NCBI GenBank assembly: GCA_049322255.1
Contig: JBMORE010000146.1
Location: 54,770 to 74,769 of the forward strand
Direction: 5' to 3'
Length of the DNA stretch: 20,000 bases
From: Myxococcota bacterium
Lineage (GTDB): Bacteria > Myxococcota > Myxococcia > Myxococcales > Myxococcaceae
Below, one piece after another: positions 1 to 8,495 of this stretch (position 1 is the first letter of the stretch; every line of letters starts with the position of its first letter). The notes below the pieces were generated by a model, which was not told where the DNA came from, made no database searches, and saw only the letters and a program-made list of their open reading frames with translations. A program made the translations under genes and the position numbers.

Positions 1-361
1 CGCCGATGGTCCCCAACAGCCAGAGGTTTCGTTTCAGCTTCAGCGTCACCTGCGCCCGCTCGCGCTCGACGGCGGCGTCCAGGCTGACGTTGGCTCCCTT
101 GGCCAGCCGGTCGAACCCGGCGAGGTAGATGTCGGCCGCCATCGCCTCCGATCGCTCGGCGGCCGTGCGCGCGGCGGTGACGTTCCCCGCCAACAAGTGC
201 CGGGCGATGGTCTCTCCCAAGCTTCGCGCCGCGTCGCTCACTCCCCACAGGGCGATCACCCGCTCGATCGCCACCCCGAGGGCGAGCACCGAGGCCGCCA
301 AGAGCACCGCCATCGTCACGCCGCCCAACGCGAGGTAGTGAAGTAGTTCGTCGAAGCTCAT
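1..361 (-). CDS. MotA/TolQ/ExbB proton-channel family protein (N-terminal part; runs off the left edge)
   Basis: Not in the ORF track. Manual translation from ATG at 361 gives MSFDELLHYLALGGVTMAVLLAASVLALGVAIERVIALWG...AAVERERAQVTLKLKRNLWLLGTIG. GG-x-M plus TM1 ending in IER, and the LxxLGTIG entry into TM2, are typical of TolQ/ExbB. Frame is open to position 1. Confidence 0.9.
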   Translation of the reverse strand, partial: MSFDELLHYLALGGVTMAVLLAASVLALGVAIERVIALWGVSDAARSLGETIARHLLAGNVTAARTAAERSEAMAADIYLAGFDRLAKGANVSLDAAVERERAQVTLKLKRNLWLLGTIG

Positions 362-390
362 GGCCCGTTCTTACATAATGGGGTTCACCT

Positions 391-1206
391 TTGAACCGCC
401 TACTTCTTTCGATCTTCCTGCTCGTCCTGTTCACCGGCTGCCCCCGGCGCATCGATTTCGGGCCGAAAGGGGAGGTGACCGACGCGCGCGAGCTCTTGAA
501 GCTCACCTCCTTCGAAGAGAGCCAGGTGTACAGCGTGCAGGGCGAGGCGAAGATTCGGGTCGACACGCCCCAAGGTAAAGGAGTGGCCACGCTGTTCATG
601 GCGGTGAGCCACCCCAGCCTTCTTCGCCTGGAGTCGCTCGACTTCTTCGGCAAGCCCACGGCGGTGCTCGTCTCCGACGGCCAGCGTTTCGGCCTCTTCC
701 AGGCAGAAGAGGGCAAGTACTACACGGGTCCCTCGAGCCCGCAGAACATCTCGCGCTTTCTGCCGTTGGTGCTCGCTCCCGAAGAGCTCACGGCTCTGAT
801 GCTCGGCCGCGCTCCCCGAATCCCTGCCGAGCGCGTCGAGTTGAAGGTCGACGTCGAAGAGCGGCGCTACGTCCTCATTCTCACTTCCGGGCCCGTGACT
901 CAGACCTTGCACATCCACCTCCAGAACCACCGGGTGCTGGTGAGCGAGGTGCGGGGGGTGAATTCTTACGACTTGGCCTTCGAGAACATCGACTCGGTGA
1001 AGGGAGTCACCTACCCACGCCGGGTGCTGCTCGAGGCGCCGGGTGCGTCCACCGAGCTCGAGCTCAACTACAAGGACGTCGAAGTGAACTCCGCGCCGGA
1101 TCTGACCATGTTCGAGCTAGAGCCTCCCGCCAACGTGCCGGTCATCGAAGTCGACGCGCTGGGCCAGCCGGTGCCGCCGAGCGCTGCCCGGGAGGCTTCC
1201 CCGTGA
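391..1206 (+). CDS. Lipoprotein, DUF4292 / LolB-like fold
   Basis: TTG start; signal peptide with lipobox (LLVLFTG|C); beta-rich body with 'LRLESLDFFGKPTAVLVSDG' and C-terminal 'FELEPPANVPVI', as in DUF4292/LolA-LolB-like proteins. Confidence 0.7.
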   Translation: MNRLLLSIFLLVLFTGCPRRIDFGPKGEVTDARELLKLTSFEESQVYSVQGEAKIRVDTPQGKGVATLFMAVSHPSLLRLESLDFFGKPTAVLVSDGQRFGLFQAEEGKYYTGPSSPQNISRFLPLVLAPEELTALMLGRAPRIPAERVELKVDVEERRYVLILTSGPVTQTLHIHLQNHRVLVSEVRGVNSYDLAFENIDSVKGVTYPRRVLLEAPGASTELELNYKDVEVNSAPDLTMFELEPPANVPVIEVDALGQPVPPSAAREASP

Positions 1207-2888
1207 AGTCGTGGCGCTTCGCCGCCGTCGGGTTGCTCGTGCTCGTCGGGTGCAAGAAGAACGAGCCGCCCTCGCCCGTTTGGCCTGCGCCCGCTCCTGA
1301 GTGGCTGGCGGGAAGGCTCCCGGCCGACGTCGGCGAGGGCGTGCCCAAGCGAGGAGGGGTCTTGGTGGTGCGGGTGCCCAACGAGCCGGCGGGCCTGTCG
1401 CTCCTGCACGACCAGATGGCCGAAGGGTGGATGCGCCGCTACACCCAGGGCCCGCTGTACGAGACGCTGGCGGAGATGGACCGCGCGACCCACCCCCGCT
1501 ACGACTTGAAGCCCTTGCTCGCCGAGTCGTGGAGCGAAAGCCCAGACCGTCTCACCCTCACCGTGCGGTTGCGCCGGGGAGTCCAGTTCCACAACGGAGC
1601 GCTCCTCACTGCGGGAGATTTGCGGGCGGTGATGGACGCGATCATGAACCCCAAAAACCTCACCAAGAGCCTGGCGAGCTACTTCGTCGACGTGGCCGGC
1701 TACGAGGTGAAAGATGCGTACACCTTCGTTTTGCGCTGGAAGAAGCCGTACGTCCTGGCCACCCGCACCTTCCTCACCGCGGTGCCGCTGATGCCGGCCT
1801 CGGCGCTGGAGGGGGACTTCGACGGCTTGCCCATTCACCGCGCGCCCATCGGCACCGGCCCGTTTCAGTTCGTTTCCTGGGAGACCAACCGCTCCATCAC
1901 CTACGCGCGCTTCCCCCGCTACTGGGGACCTGCGTCGCCGTTGGACCGCATCGTCATTCGCTTGGTGAAGGACCACACCGTGGCCACCCAGCTGTGGGAG
2001 CGGGGAGAGTTCGACCTGATGACCTTCATTCAGCCGACGGTGTGGCGCTCGATCGAGGCTCCCGGCCCCAAGAACGCCTGGGCGCAGAAGGGCTACCACC
2101 GGGTGATGTTCTTCGAGAACAACTACTCCTGGCTGGGCTGGAACGAGGCGCGGCCCTTCTTCCAGGACAAGCAGGTGCGGCGGGCGCTGGGCATGCTCTA
2201 CCCGGCGCAGAAGGTAGCCAAGAACATCGATCTTCAGCTGGAAGAGCCCACCACTTGCCCCTACTACCGCGACTCCGATAGCTGCGACCGGGCGGTGCAG
2301 CCGCTCCCGTACGATGTTTCGGCGGCGCGGGCGCTGCTGGCACAGGCCGGCTGGAAGGACTCCAACGGGGACGGAGTGCTGGACCAAGAGGGCAGGCCTT
2401 TTCGGTTCACTTTCCTGGCCAACCCCCACTCGGTGCGGATGAACAAGCTCTTGCCGCTGCTCCAGGAGGAGTACCGGCAGGTGGGCATCGAGATGGACAT
2501 CGAGAAGGTGGAGACCGCGGTGTTCTTCTCCCGGCTGCGCGCGCACGACTTCGACGCCGCCAGTCTCTCCTGGTCCACCACCGACCGGGTGCAGGACAAC
2601 TACCAGATCTTCCACTCCTCGCAGATCGAAGGCGGCTCCAACTTCGTGTCCTATTCCAACCCCGAGGTCGACCGGACGTTGGAGGCGATTCGCACCGAGC
2701 TCGACGATGCGCGCCGCGCCGCGCTGGAGCGGAAGGTGCACCGGCTGCTCTACGAAGATCAGGTCTACACTTTTCTCACCCACCGGGCGGCGCTCGACGC
2801 AGCGAAGACCCACGTGCGCGGTCTTGCCCCCGCGCTCAATTGGTACGACCTGCGCAAGGTGTGGCTGGCAGGCCCCGTTGGACGGTGA
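1203..2888 (+). CDS. Peptide/nickel ABC transporter substrate-binding lipoprotein (family 5, OppA/DppA-like)
   Basis: Lipobox LVG|C; family-5 motifs PLLAESW, LRRGVQFHNG, PIGTGPF, DKQVRRAL, AGWKDSNGDG, NFVSYSNPEVD. GTGA overlap with the upstream stop. Confidence 0.93.
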   Translation: MKSWRFAAVGLLVLVGCKKNEPPSPVWPAPAPEWLAGRLPADVGEGVPKRGGVLVVRVPNEPAGLSLLHDQMAEGWMRRYTQGPLYETLAEMDRATHPRYDLKPLLAESWSESPDRLTLTVRLRRGVQFHNGALLTAGDLRAVMDAIMNPKNLTKSLASYFVDVAGYEVKDAYTFVLRWKKPYVLATRTFLTAVPLMPASALEGDFDGLPIHRAPIGTGPFQFVSWETNRSITYARFPRYWGPASPLDRIVIRLVKDHTVATQLWERGEFDLMTFIQPTVWRSIEAPGPKNAWAQKGYHRVMFFENNYSWLGWNEARPFFQDKQVRRALGMLYPAQKVAKNIDLQLEEPTTCPYYRDSDSCDRAVQPLPYDVSAARALLAQAGWKDSNGDGVLDQEGRPFRFTFLANPHSVRMNKLLPLLQEEYRQVGIEMDIEKVETAVFFSRLRAHDFDAASLSWSTTDRVQDNYQIFHSSQIEGGSNFVSYSNPEVDRTLEAIRTELDDARRAALERKVHRLLYEDQVYTFLTHRAALDAAKTHVRGLAPALNWYDLRKVWLAGPVGR

Positions 2889-3874
2889 TGGCGGCCTTCC
2901 TCGCCAAGCGGCTCTTGCTCATGGTGCCCACCTTCCTGGGCATCACCTTGCTCACCTTCGTCCTCGCTCACCTGGCGCCCGGCGATCCGCTCACCCTCGC
3001 CACCGAGACGCCCAGCGCGGCCGGGCGGGAGGTGCTCGAGCAGCTCAAGGAGGACCAAGGGCTTCACTTGCCCCTCCACCAGCAGTACGCGCGCTGGCTG
3101 TCGCGGGTGGTGAGGCTCGACTTCGGCCGCTCGACGCAAGACCTGCGGCCGGTGACGGAGAAGATCGGCGAGTCGCTGCCCAAGACGCTCCTCTTGTCCT
3201 TCTTGGCCCTCTTCTTCTCCTACGTGATTGCCGTGCCTTTAGGCGTGCTCTCGGCGGTCAAGCGGGGCACCCTCTTCGAACGGGTGGTCACCGTGGGGCT
3301 CTTCGTCCTCTACTCTCTGCCGTCCTTCTGGGTGGCGGTGATGCTCCTGCTCTACTTCGCCGGGGGCAGGGCGTTCGATTGGTTTCCCATGCAGGGGCTG
3401 ACCTCGCCGGGCTTCGAGGGGCTCTCCTTCTGGGGCAAGGTTTTCGACGTGGCGTGGCACTTGGTGCTCCCGGTGGTGTGCCTCTCCTACGCCTCGCTGG
3501 CCTCGATCAGCCGCTACATGCGCTCGGGCATGCTCGAGGTCATTCGCCAAGACTACATCCGCACTGCGCGGGCCAAAGGGTTGCCCGAGCGGGTGGTGGT
3601 GTTCAAGCACGCCTTGCGCAACGGCATTCTCCCCGTGGTGACGCTCTTGGGTCTGATGTTGCCGCACCTGTTGGGGGGCAGCGTGGTCGTCGAGCGCATC
3701 TTCGGCATTCAGGGCATGGGGCTTTTGGCCCTGGAGGCGATCTTTCACCGCGACTACCCGATGGTGATGGGCGTGACCACGCTGGTGGCGCTCTTCACCA
3801 TGGGCTCGACGCTCTTGGCCGATGTGCTCTATGCGCTGTTCGACCCGCGCATCGGCGTCGAGGAGGCAAGGTGA
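2888..3874 (+). CDS. Peptide ABC transporter permease (OppB/DppB-like)
   Basis: ATG at 2888 overlaps the upstream TGA (TGATG). Motifs: KRLLLMVPTFLGI...LAPGDP, LDFGRS, EAA loop DYIRTARAKGL, KHALRN, VERIF, RDYP, LYALFDPRI. Confidence 0.95.
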   Translation: MAAFLAKRLLLMVPTFLGITLLTFVLAHLAPGDPLTLATETPSAAGREVLEQLKEDQGLHLPLHQQYARWLSRVVRLDFGRSTQDLRPVTEKIGESLPKTLLLSFLALFFSYVIAVPLGVLSAVKRGTLFERVVTVGLFVLYSLPSFWVAVMLLLYFAGGRAFDWFPMQGLTSPGFEGLSFWGKVFDVAWHLVLPVVCLSYASLASISRYMRSGMLEVIRQDYIRTARAKGLPERVVVFKHALRNGILPVVTLLGLMLPHLLGGSVVVERIFGIQGMGLLALEAIFHRDYPMVMGVTTLVALFTMGSTLLADVLYALFDPRIGVEEAR

Positions 3875-4863
3875 GCGGCCCTGCCTTTCGCCACCTCTGG
3901 CACGTCGCGCTGGGGACGCTGGCGATGTTGTTCGCGGTGGCCCTGTTCGCCGACCAACTCGCCTCGGACAAGCCAGTGGGCTTACGGCTTGCCGGCGTCA
4001 CCTACCTCTTCCCCAACGTCTTCGACCCACCGGCGCTGCGTACCCAGACCATCCACTCTTTGCGCGCCAGGCTCGATCGCGACCGCGGCGACTGGATGCT
4101 CGAGCCCTTGGTGCCCTTCGGTCCTCATCAGACCTTCGCCCACCAGGAAGAGCGAGGGCCGCCGCCCTGGCCTCCGGATGCTGAGCATCCCTTGGGCACC
4201 GACGAGCTGGGGCGAGACGTCTTCGCCCGCATCGTCCACGGGGCGCGGGTGAGCCTCACCGTGGGCTTGGTCGCCGTCGGGCTCTACGTGCTCATCGGCG
4301 TTTTTCTCGGAGCGATCGCCGGTTTCTACCGGGGCTGGGTCGATGCGGTGGTCTCACGGGCCATCGAAGTGGTGATGAGCTTTCCCACGCTCTTCCTCGT
4401 CCTCGCGGTGCTGGGGGTGATGCGGGTGCGGTCGCTTTGGCCGGTGATGGTGGTGATCGGCCTGACCCGGTGGACCGAGGTGGCGCGGTTGGTGCGCGGC
4501 GAGGTCTTGCGGCTCAAAGGGCAGGACTTCGTGCTCGCCAGCCGGGCGCTGGGAGCGAGCGATGCGCATCTACTCGTGCGGCATCTTTTGCCCAACGCGC
4601 TGGGGCCGGTGCTGGTCGCCGCCACCTTCGGAGTGGCAGGGGCGATTCTCCTCGAGAGCGGGTTGTCGTTCTTGGGCTTGGGGGTGCCTCCGCCGACCCC
4701 CAGTTGGGGCGAGCTGCTCACCCAAGCGCACCGCTACCTCACTCACCCCGGGGCGTGGTGGCTCACCCTCTATCCAGGGTTGGCCATCTTCCTCACCGTG
4801 ACGGCGTTTCATTTGGCAGGGGAGGGGCTGCGCGACGCGCTCGATCCGCGGCTGAAGGACTGA
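3871..4863 (+). CDS. Peptide ABC transporter permease (OppC/DppC-like)
   Basis: GTG at 3871 in a GTGA overlap, with AGGAGG upstream. Motifs: HPLGTDELGRDVFARIVHGARVSL, DFVLASRALGAS, RHLLPN, ESGLSFLGLG, PSWG, GEGLRDALDP. The ORF-track extension to 2707 overlaps the previous gene. Confidence 0.95.
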   Translation: MSGPAFRHLWHVALGTLAMLFAVALFADQLASDKPVGLRLAGVTYLFPNVFDPPALRTQTIHSLRARLDRDRGDWMLEPLVPFGPHQTFAHQEERGPPPWPPDAEHPLGTDELGRDVFARIVHGARVSLTVGLVAVGLYVLIGVFLGAIAGFYRGWVDAVVSRAIEVVMSFPTLFLVLAVLGVMRVRSLWPVMVVIGLTRWTEVARLVRGEVLRLKGQDFVLASRALGASDAHLLVRHLLPNALGPVLVAATFGVAGAILLESGLSFLGLGVPPPTPSWGELLTQAHRYLTHPGAWWLTLYPGLAIFLTVTAFHLAGEGLRDALDPRLKD

Positions 4864-4874
4864 GGAAGACCCGC

Positions 4875-4880
4875 TACAAT
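4875..4880 (+). promoter_or_regulatory. Possible sigma70 -10 element (TACAAT) for an internal promoter before the MshEN gene
   Basis: TACAAT lies in the only real gap (4864-4918) of an otherwise overlapping gene run. The -35 candidate (CTGAAG, 4852-4857, 17-bp spacing) is weak. Confidence 0.3.
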
Positions 4881-4918
4881 CGCTCGCCCCTGACGAGCCC
4901 TTCGGCCAAGGTGAAGCG

Positions 4919-6076
4919 GTGAGCAAGAAGATCGGCGAGCTGTTGATCGAGTCCGGCGCCGCCTCCGAGGGCGACGTCGCTTTCGCGCTCAAGTTGCAGG
5001 AGGGGGGCGATGGGCGGCGGTTGGGCGAAATCCTCGTCGAGGGGGGCAAGACCACCTCCCTCGCGGTGGCCCGGGCGCTGGCCACCCAGCACCAGCTTCC
5101 GTTCGTGCAGCTACCGGCGATTCCTCCCGCGGTGGCGGCCCTGGTCCCGCTCGACTATCAGGCCGAGAACCAGATGGTGGTGTTCCGCACCTCGAACGAG
5201 ACCGATGGTGCGCGGGTGCACGTGGCGCTGGCCGATCCCACCCGGCTCGACATACTCGACGAATTGCGTTTTCAGCTGCGGCGGATGGTGACCGCCTACG
5301 TCGCCGCCGCTGACGACGTGGCCGGGGCCGTTGCCGCGCTCAAGGCGGGGGACGGGGAGGAGATCATCGTGGGAGAGTTGCTGGCTGACGGCGCCCCTTC
5401 TCCTGTTCCCTCTCCGGAAGAGCTCTGGCCGCCGCCTGCGTCAGCCAAGCCGGCGAGCGCAATGCCGGTTCCGGTGGTTCCCGCGACACTTGCCGAGGGG
5501 GTACCCGAGCCCATCACTGCGGTGATGCCGCCCCCTTCGAAACAGGCTTGGCCGGTCGCCATCGAGCCTACGCCCCTCCCTTCCGAGCCCGGGAACGAGT
5601 TGCGCGAGCACACGGCGGTTGACATCCCCATCACCACCGATTGGAACACCCCCGCTCCGAGCCCCAAGGCGGCCTGGCCGGTGGCCCTGCAACCGACCCC
5701 TGCTCCCGAGGTGGAGGAGGCGCCCGAGCTGCCCCCCGAGCCGGTCAGCGTGGTGGGGCCGGCCCAGCCGCTCTCCTCGCCCAAGGAGATTCTCGCCGCC
5801 GCCGACGAGCTGGAGGCCCGGCTGATCGGCGACAAGCCCGCCGCTGGAGGAAACCACGCCAAGCAGACGGTGGTGGCGAGAGCTCCCGCCCTGGAGATCT
5901 CCGAAGCGGATCTACAAATTCTCGACAGCCTCGAGCGCATGGCCAGGGGCGACGCGCCCACGCTGGATTCGGAGAAGGTCCGCCCGGCGCAGATGGTCGC
6001 CTCGCTCATCCGCCTGCTCATCAGGAAAGGCGTCATCCAAGAGATGGAGTTCCTCGACGAGCTGTCGCGGAAATGA
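4919..6076 (+). CDS. Stand-alone MshEN (GSPII-E N-terminal) domain protein with Pro-rich linker; no ATPase domain
   Basis: Tandem MshEN motifs KIGELLIESG...ALKLQ and RLGEILVEGG...ALATQ, then VALADP...LDELRF. Long Pro/Ala linker. C-terminal helix ASLIRLLIRKGVIQEMEFLDEL. No Walker A motif. Confidence 0.85.
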   Translation: MSKKIGELLIESGAASEGDVAFALKLQEGGDGRRLGEILVEGGKTTSLAVARALATQHQLPFVQLPAIPPAVAALVPLDYQAENQMVVFRTSNETDGARVHVALADPTRLDILDELRFQLRRMVTAYVAAADDVAGAVAALKAGDGEEIIVGELLADGAPSPVPSPEELWPPPASAKPASAMPVPVVPATLAEGVPEPITAVMPPPSKQAWPVAIEPTPLPSEPGNELREHTAVDIPITTDWNTPAPSPKAAWPVALQPTPAPEVEEAPELPPEPVSVVGPAQPLSSPKEILAAADELEARLIGDKPAAGGNHAKQTVVARAPALEISEADLQILDSLERMARGDAPTLDSEKVRPAQMVASLIRLLIRKGVIQEMEFLDELSRK

Positions 6077-7038
6077 CCCCGCTGCTCGAGATCGAAAATC
6101 TGAAGACGGTGTTCACCACCGGCGGCCGTCCGTTGTGCGCGGTCGACGGCGTGTCGCTCACGGTCGAGGCCGGAGCGGTGCTGGGGCTTTTGGGCGAGTC
6201 GGGCTGCGGCAAGACCGCCACCGCGCTCTCGGTGATGCGGCTCGTCTCCGCCGGCCAGGTGAGCGGGCAGGTGCGTCTTCGTGGCCGCGAGCTCTTCACC
6301 CTTTCCGAGGAGGAGATGCGCCGAGTGCGGGGGGCGGAGCTCGCCATGGTCTTCCAAGAGCCGATGACCTCCCTCAACCCGGTCTTTCGCGTGGGCGAGC
6401 AGGTGGCAGAGCCCTTGCGGGTTCATCGCGGGCTTTTGCGCAAAGAGGCGCGCGCCCGGGCGATCGAGCTGTTGCGGCAAGTGGAGGTGTTCGACCCCGA
6501 GCGATGGGTCGACGCCTATCCGCACGAGCTGTCGGGCGGCATGCGCCAGCGGGTGCTCCTGGCCATGGCCCTTGCCTGTGAACCGTCGCTGCTCATCGCC
6601 GATGAGCCGACGAGCGCGCTCGATGTCACCGTGCAGGCGCAGGTGCTCGCCCTCTTGCGGCAGTTGGCCAAGGAGCGGCGCATGGGGGTGCTTCTCATCA
6701 CCCACGATCTGGGGGTGGTGGCGCAGGCGTGCGACGAGGTGGCGGTGATGTACGGGGGAAGGGTGGTGGAGCGCTCGCCGGCGGAGGCGCTCTTCCGCGC
6801 GCCCGCGCACCCGTACACCGTGGGGCTTTTGCGCTCGATTCCTTCCTTGAAGACGCGGGGCGGAGCGCTCGAGGCGCTGGGCGGAGCTGTTCCCACGAGC
6901 GGGCGCTACCCGGCCGGGTGCCGCTTCAAAGATCGCTGCGCCCGGGTGCTGCCCTCGTGCGATGAGGAGCCGGCACTGGTTTCGCGCGGCGAGGGGCGGG
7001 TCGCCTGTCACAACCCGGTGGAGAACGCTTCGGCATGA
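6073..7038 (+). CDS. Oligopeptide/dipeptide ABC transporter ATP-binding protein (OppD/DppD-like)
   Basis: ATG at 6073 in an ATGA overlap. Walker [51 protein letters not shown], and C-terminal Cys cluster GCRF..RC..C..ACH. Confidence 0.96.
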   Translation: MTPLLEIENLKTVFTTGGRPLCAVDGVSLTVEAGAVLGLLGESGCGKTATALSVMRLVSAGQVSGQVRLRGRELFTLSEEEMRRVRGAELAMVFQEPMTSLNPVFRVGEQVAEPLRVHRGLLRKEARARAIELLRQVEVFDPERWVDAYPHELSGGMRQRVLLAMALACEPSLLIADEPTSALDVTVQAQVLALLRQLAKERRMGVLLITHDLGVVAQACDEVAVMYGGRVVERSPAEALFRAPAHPYTVGLLRSIPSLKTRGGALEALGGAVPTSGRYPAGCRFKDRCARVLPSCDEEPALVSRGEGRVACHNPVENASA

Positions 7039-8003
7039 GCACGCCGCTGCTTCAGGTCGAGCGTCTCACCCGCACCTTCCCTTGGCGCGGGAACGAGGTG
7101 GTTGCGCTCGAGGAGGTGAGCTTTTCCATCGCGCGCGGCGAGACGCTGGGGCTTTTGGGGGAGAGCGGGTGCGGCAAGACGACGTTGGCGAGGACGGTCT
7201 TGCGCCTCATCGAGCCCGACGGGGGTTCCATTCGCTTCGACGGGCAGGAGCTGGTCGGCTTGAAGAGTCGGGCACTGCGCTCGCTGCGGCGGCGGATGCA
7301 GCCGGTGTTTCAAGACCCGTTCGGCTCGCTGAGCCCGCGCCTGACGGTGGGGGAGATTGTCGCAGAGGCGCTCATCCTTCACGGGCGCTTCACCCGACGG
7401 GAACGCGACCATCAGGTGGCGGCGTTGCTCGAGGCGATGGGGCTTTCCGCCGACATGCTGCGCCGCTACCCGCACGAGCTCTCCGGCGGCCAGCGTCAGC
7501 GCATCGGCATCGCCCGCGCGCTCGCCGCCGGGCCCGAGCTGGTGGTGGCCGACGAGCCGGTGAGCGCGCTCGACGTTTCCGTCCAGGCGCAGATCCTCAA
7601 CCTGTTCGCCAAGCTGCGCAAAGAACGGGCGCTGACCTATCTGTTCATCGCCCACGACTTGCGGGTGGTGGCGCACCTTTCCGATCGGGTGGCGGTGATG
7701 TACGGGGGACGGCTGGTCGAGGTGGCGCCCACCGAGGCGCTCTTCCACCGGCCGCGGCACCCCTACACCCAGCTCTTGCTCGCCTCGGCGCCGACGTTGG
7801 ACCCCCGCCAGCGCACCGTGCCTGCGAAGGGGGCGGGAGCGCCTCTTTCGCGCCGCAAGCCCCCGAGCGGTTGCGCCTTTCACCCACGCTGCCCGGTGGC
7901 GGAGGAACGTTGCCGCCTCGAGCGCCCGCCGCTTTTGGAAGTGAGCCCCGACCACCACTCCGCCTGTTTCCTCGAGCACCCCTCTCCCAATGGGAGCGGG
8001 TGA
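7035..8003 (+). CDS. Oligopeptide/dipeptide ABC transporter ATP-binding protein (OppF/DppF-like)
   Basis: [67 protein letters not shown]. The last codons (PSPNGSG*) come from a repeat element. Confidence 0.96.
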   Translation: MSTPLLQVERLTRTFPWRGNEVVALEEVSFSIARGETLGLLGESGCGKTTLARTVLRLIEPDGGSIRFDGQELVGLKSRALRSLRRRMQPVFQDPFGSLSPRLTVGEIVAEALILHGRFTRRERDHQVAALLEAMGLSADMLRRYPHELSGGQRQRIGIARALAAGPELVVADEPVSALDVSVQAQILNLFAKLRKERALTYLFIAHDLRVVAHLSDRVAVMYGGRLVEVAPTEALFHRPRHPYTQLLLASAPTLDPRQRTVPAKGAGAPLSRRKPPSGCAFHPRCPVAEERCRLERPPLLEVSPDHHSACFLEHPSPNGSG

Positions 8004-8012
8004 GGGTGAGGG
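7979..8012 (-). repeat. BoxC/REP-like palindromic repeat, copy 1
   Basis: + strand CCCCTCTCCC-AAT-GGGAGCGGG-TGAGGGTGAGGG: 9-bp stem with one mismatch. Matches the copies at 10477, 19799 and 19840. Confidence 0.85.
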
Positions 8013-8015
8013 CAC

Positions 8016-8426
8016 GTGCCCCCGTTTTTCCTGAGCCACCACCACCCCGAGGAATTCCACCGCACCTACCTCTTGGGCCAAATACGCATCTGCGCGCGGT
8101 GTCTGGGCACCTACCCGGTGCTCTTCGCCGCCGTCAGCGTGCAGCTTTTCCTGCGGGCGCCCCTCTTGGCGCCCTTTGACCCCTTCCTCGCCGTCGCCCT
8201 GACCCTCCCCGCCCTCATCGACTGGGTGGTAGGCCGCTTCCGGCCCCACGCGGGCGCCAACTGGCTGCGCACCTTGACGGGCGCCCTCTTGGGACTGGCG
8301 CTGGGGCGCACCTTGTTCGTGCACCTTTTCCGCCCCTTCCACCCATCGCTGTTGCTTCAGCTCGGAGTGGTGACAGCGATTGCTTTGCCTGTCATTCTCG
8401 TCACTTACCGGCGGCGGGCGGGGTAG
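8016..8426 (+). CDS. DUF2085-like membrane protein
   Basis: SHHHPEEFHRTY...ICARCLGTY (CARCxG-Y motif), followed by hydrophobic segments with LPALIDW and NWLRTLTGALLG. Confidence 0.75.
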   Translation: MPPFFLSHHHPEEFHRTYLLGQIRICARCLGTYPVLFAAVSVQLFLRAPLLAPFDPFLAVALTLPALIDWVVGRFRPHAGANWLRTLTGALLGLALGRTLFVHLFRPFHPSLLLQLGVVTAIALPVILVTYRRRAG

Positions 8427-8495
8427 GTTCCAAGGGCATAGACCAGCGCGCTGGGTCGGACGTTGAAACCTGTGAGTGGCGAAACCGGGGGTTGG

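Noticed and set aside
2350..2395. DSNGDG calcium-binding-like loop in the substrate-binding protein
   Set aside because: The AGWxDxxGDG loop is common in family-5 binding proteins and is not unusual.
1068..2813. Long antisense ORFs (581 aa here; also 5296-7011, 7008-9143, 9221-10456, 11778-13145, 13232-14746, 15642-17342, 17506-18720)
   Set aside because: They shadow well-supported + strand genes, have no recognisable motifs, and are expected in high-GC DNA where off-frame stop codons are scarce.
2707..4863. Apparent long fusion-like ORFs in the track (2707-4863, 5641-7038, 8492-10474, 12581-14143, 10626-11483)
   Set aside because: The N-terminal extensions are off-frame read-through of the preceding genes. 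The real starts lie at stop/start overlaps, short gaps or RBS-supported codons (3871, 6073, 9128, 13247, 10779), so these are not fusions or frameshifts.
8427..8495. Autoregulatory ECF promoter (two GAAACC hexamers at 8465 and 8481)
   Set aside because: No convincing -10 element at the expected distance, and the sigma start codon is itself uncertain.
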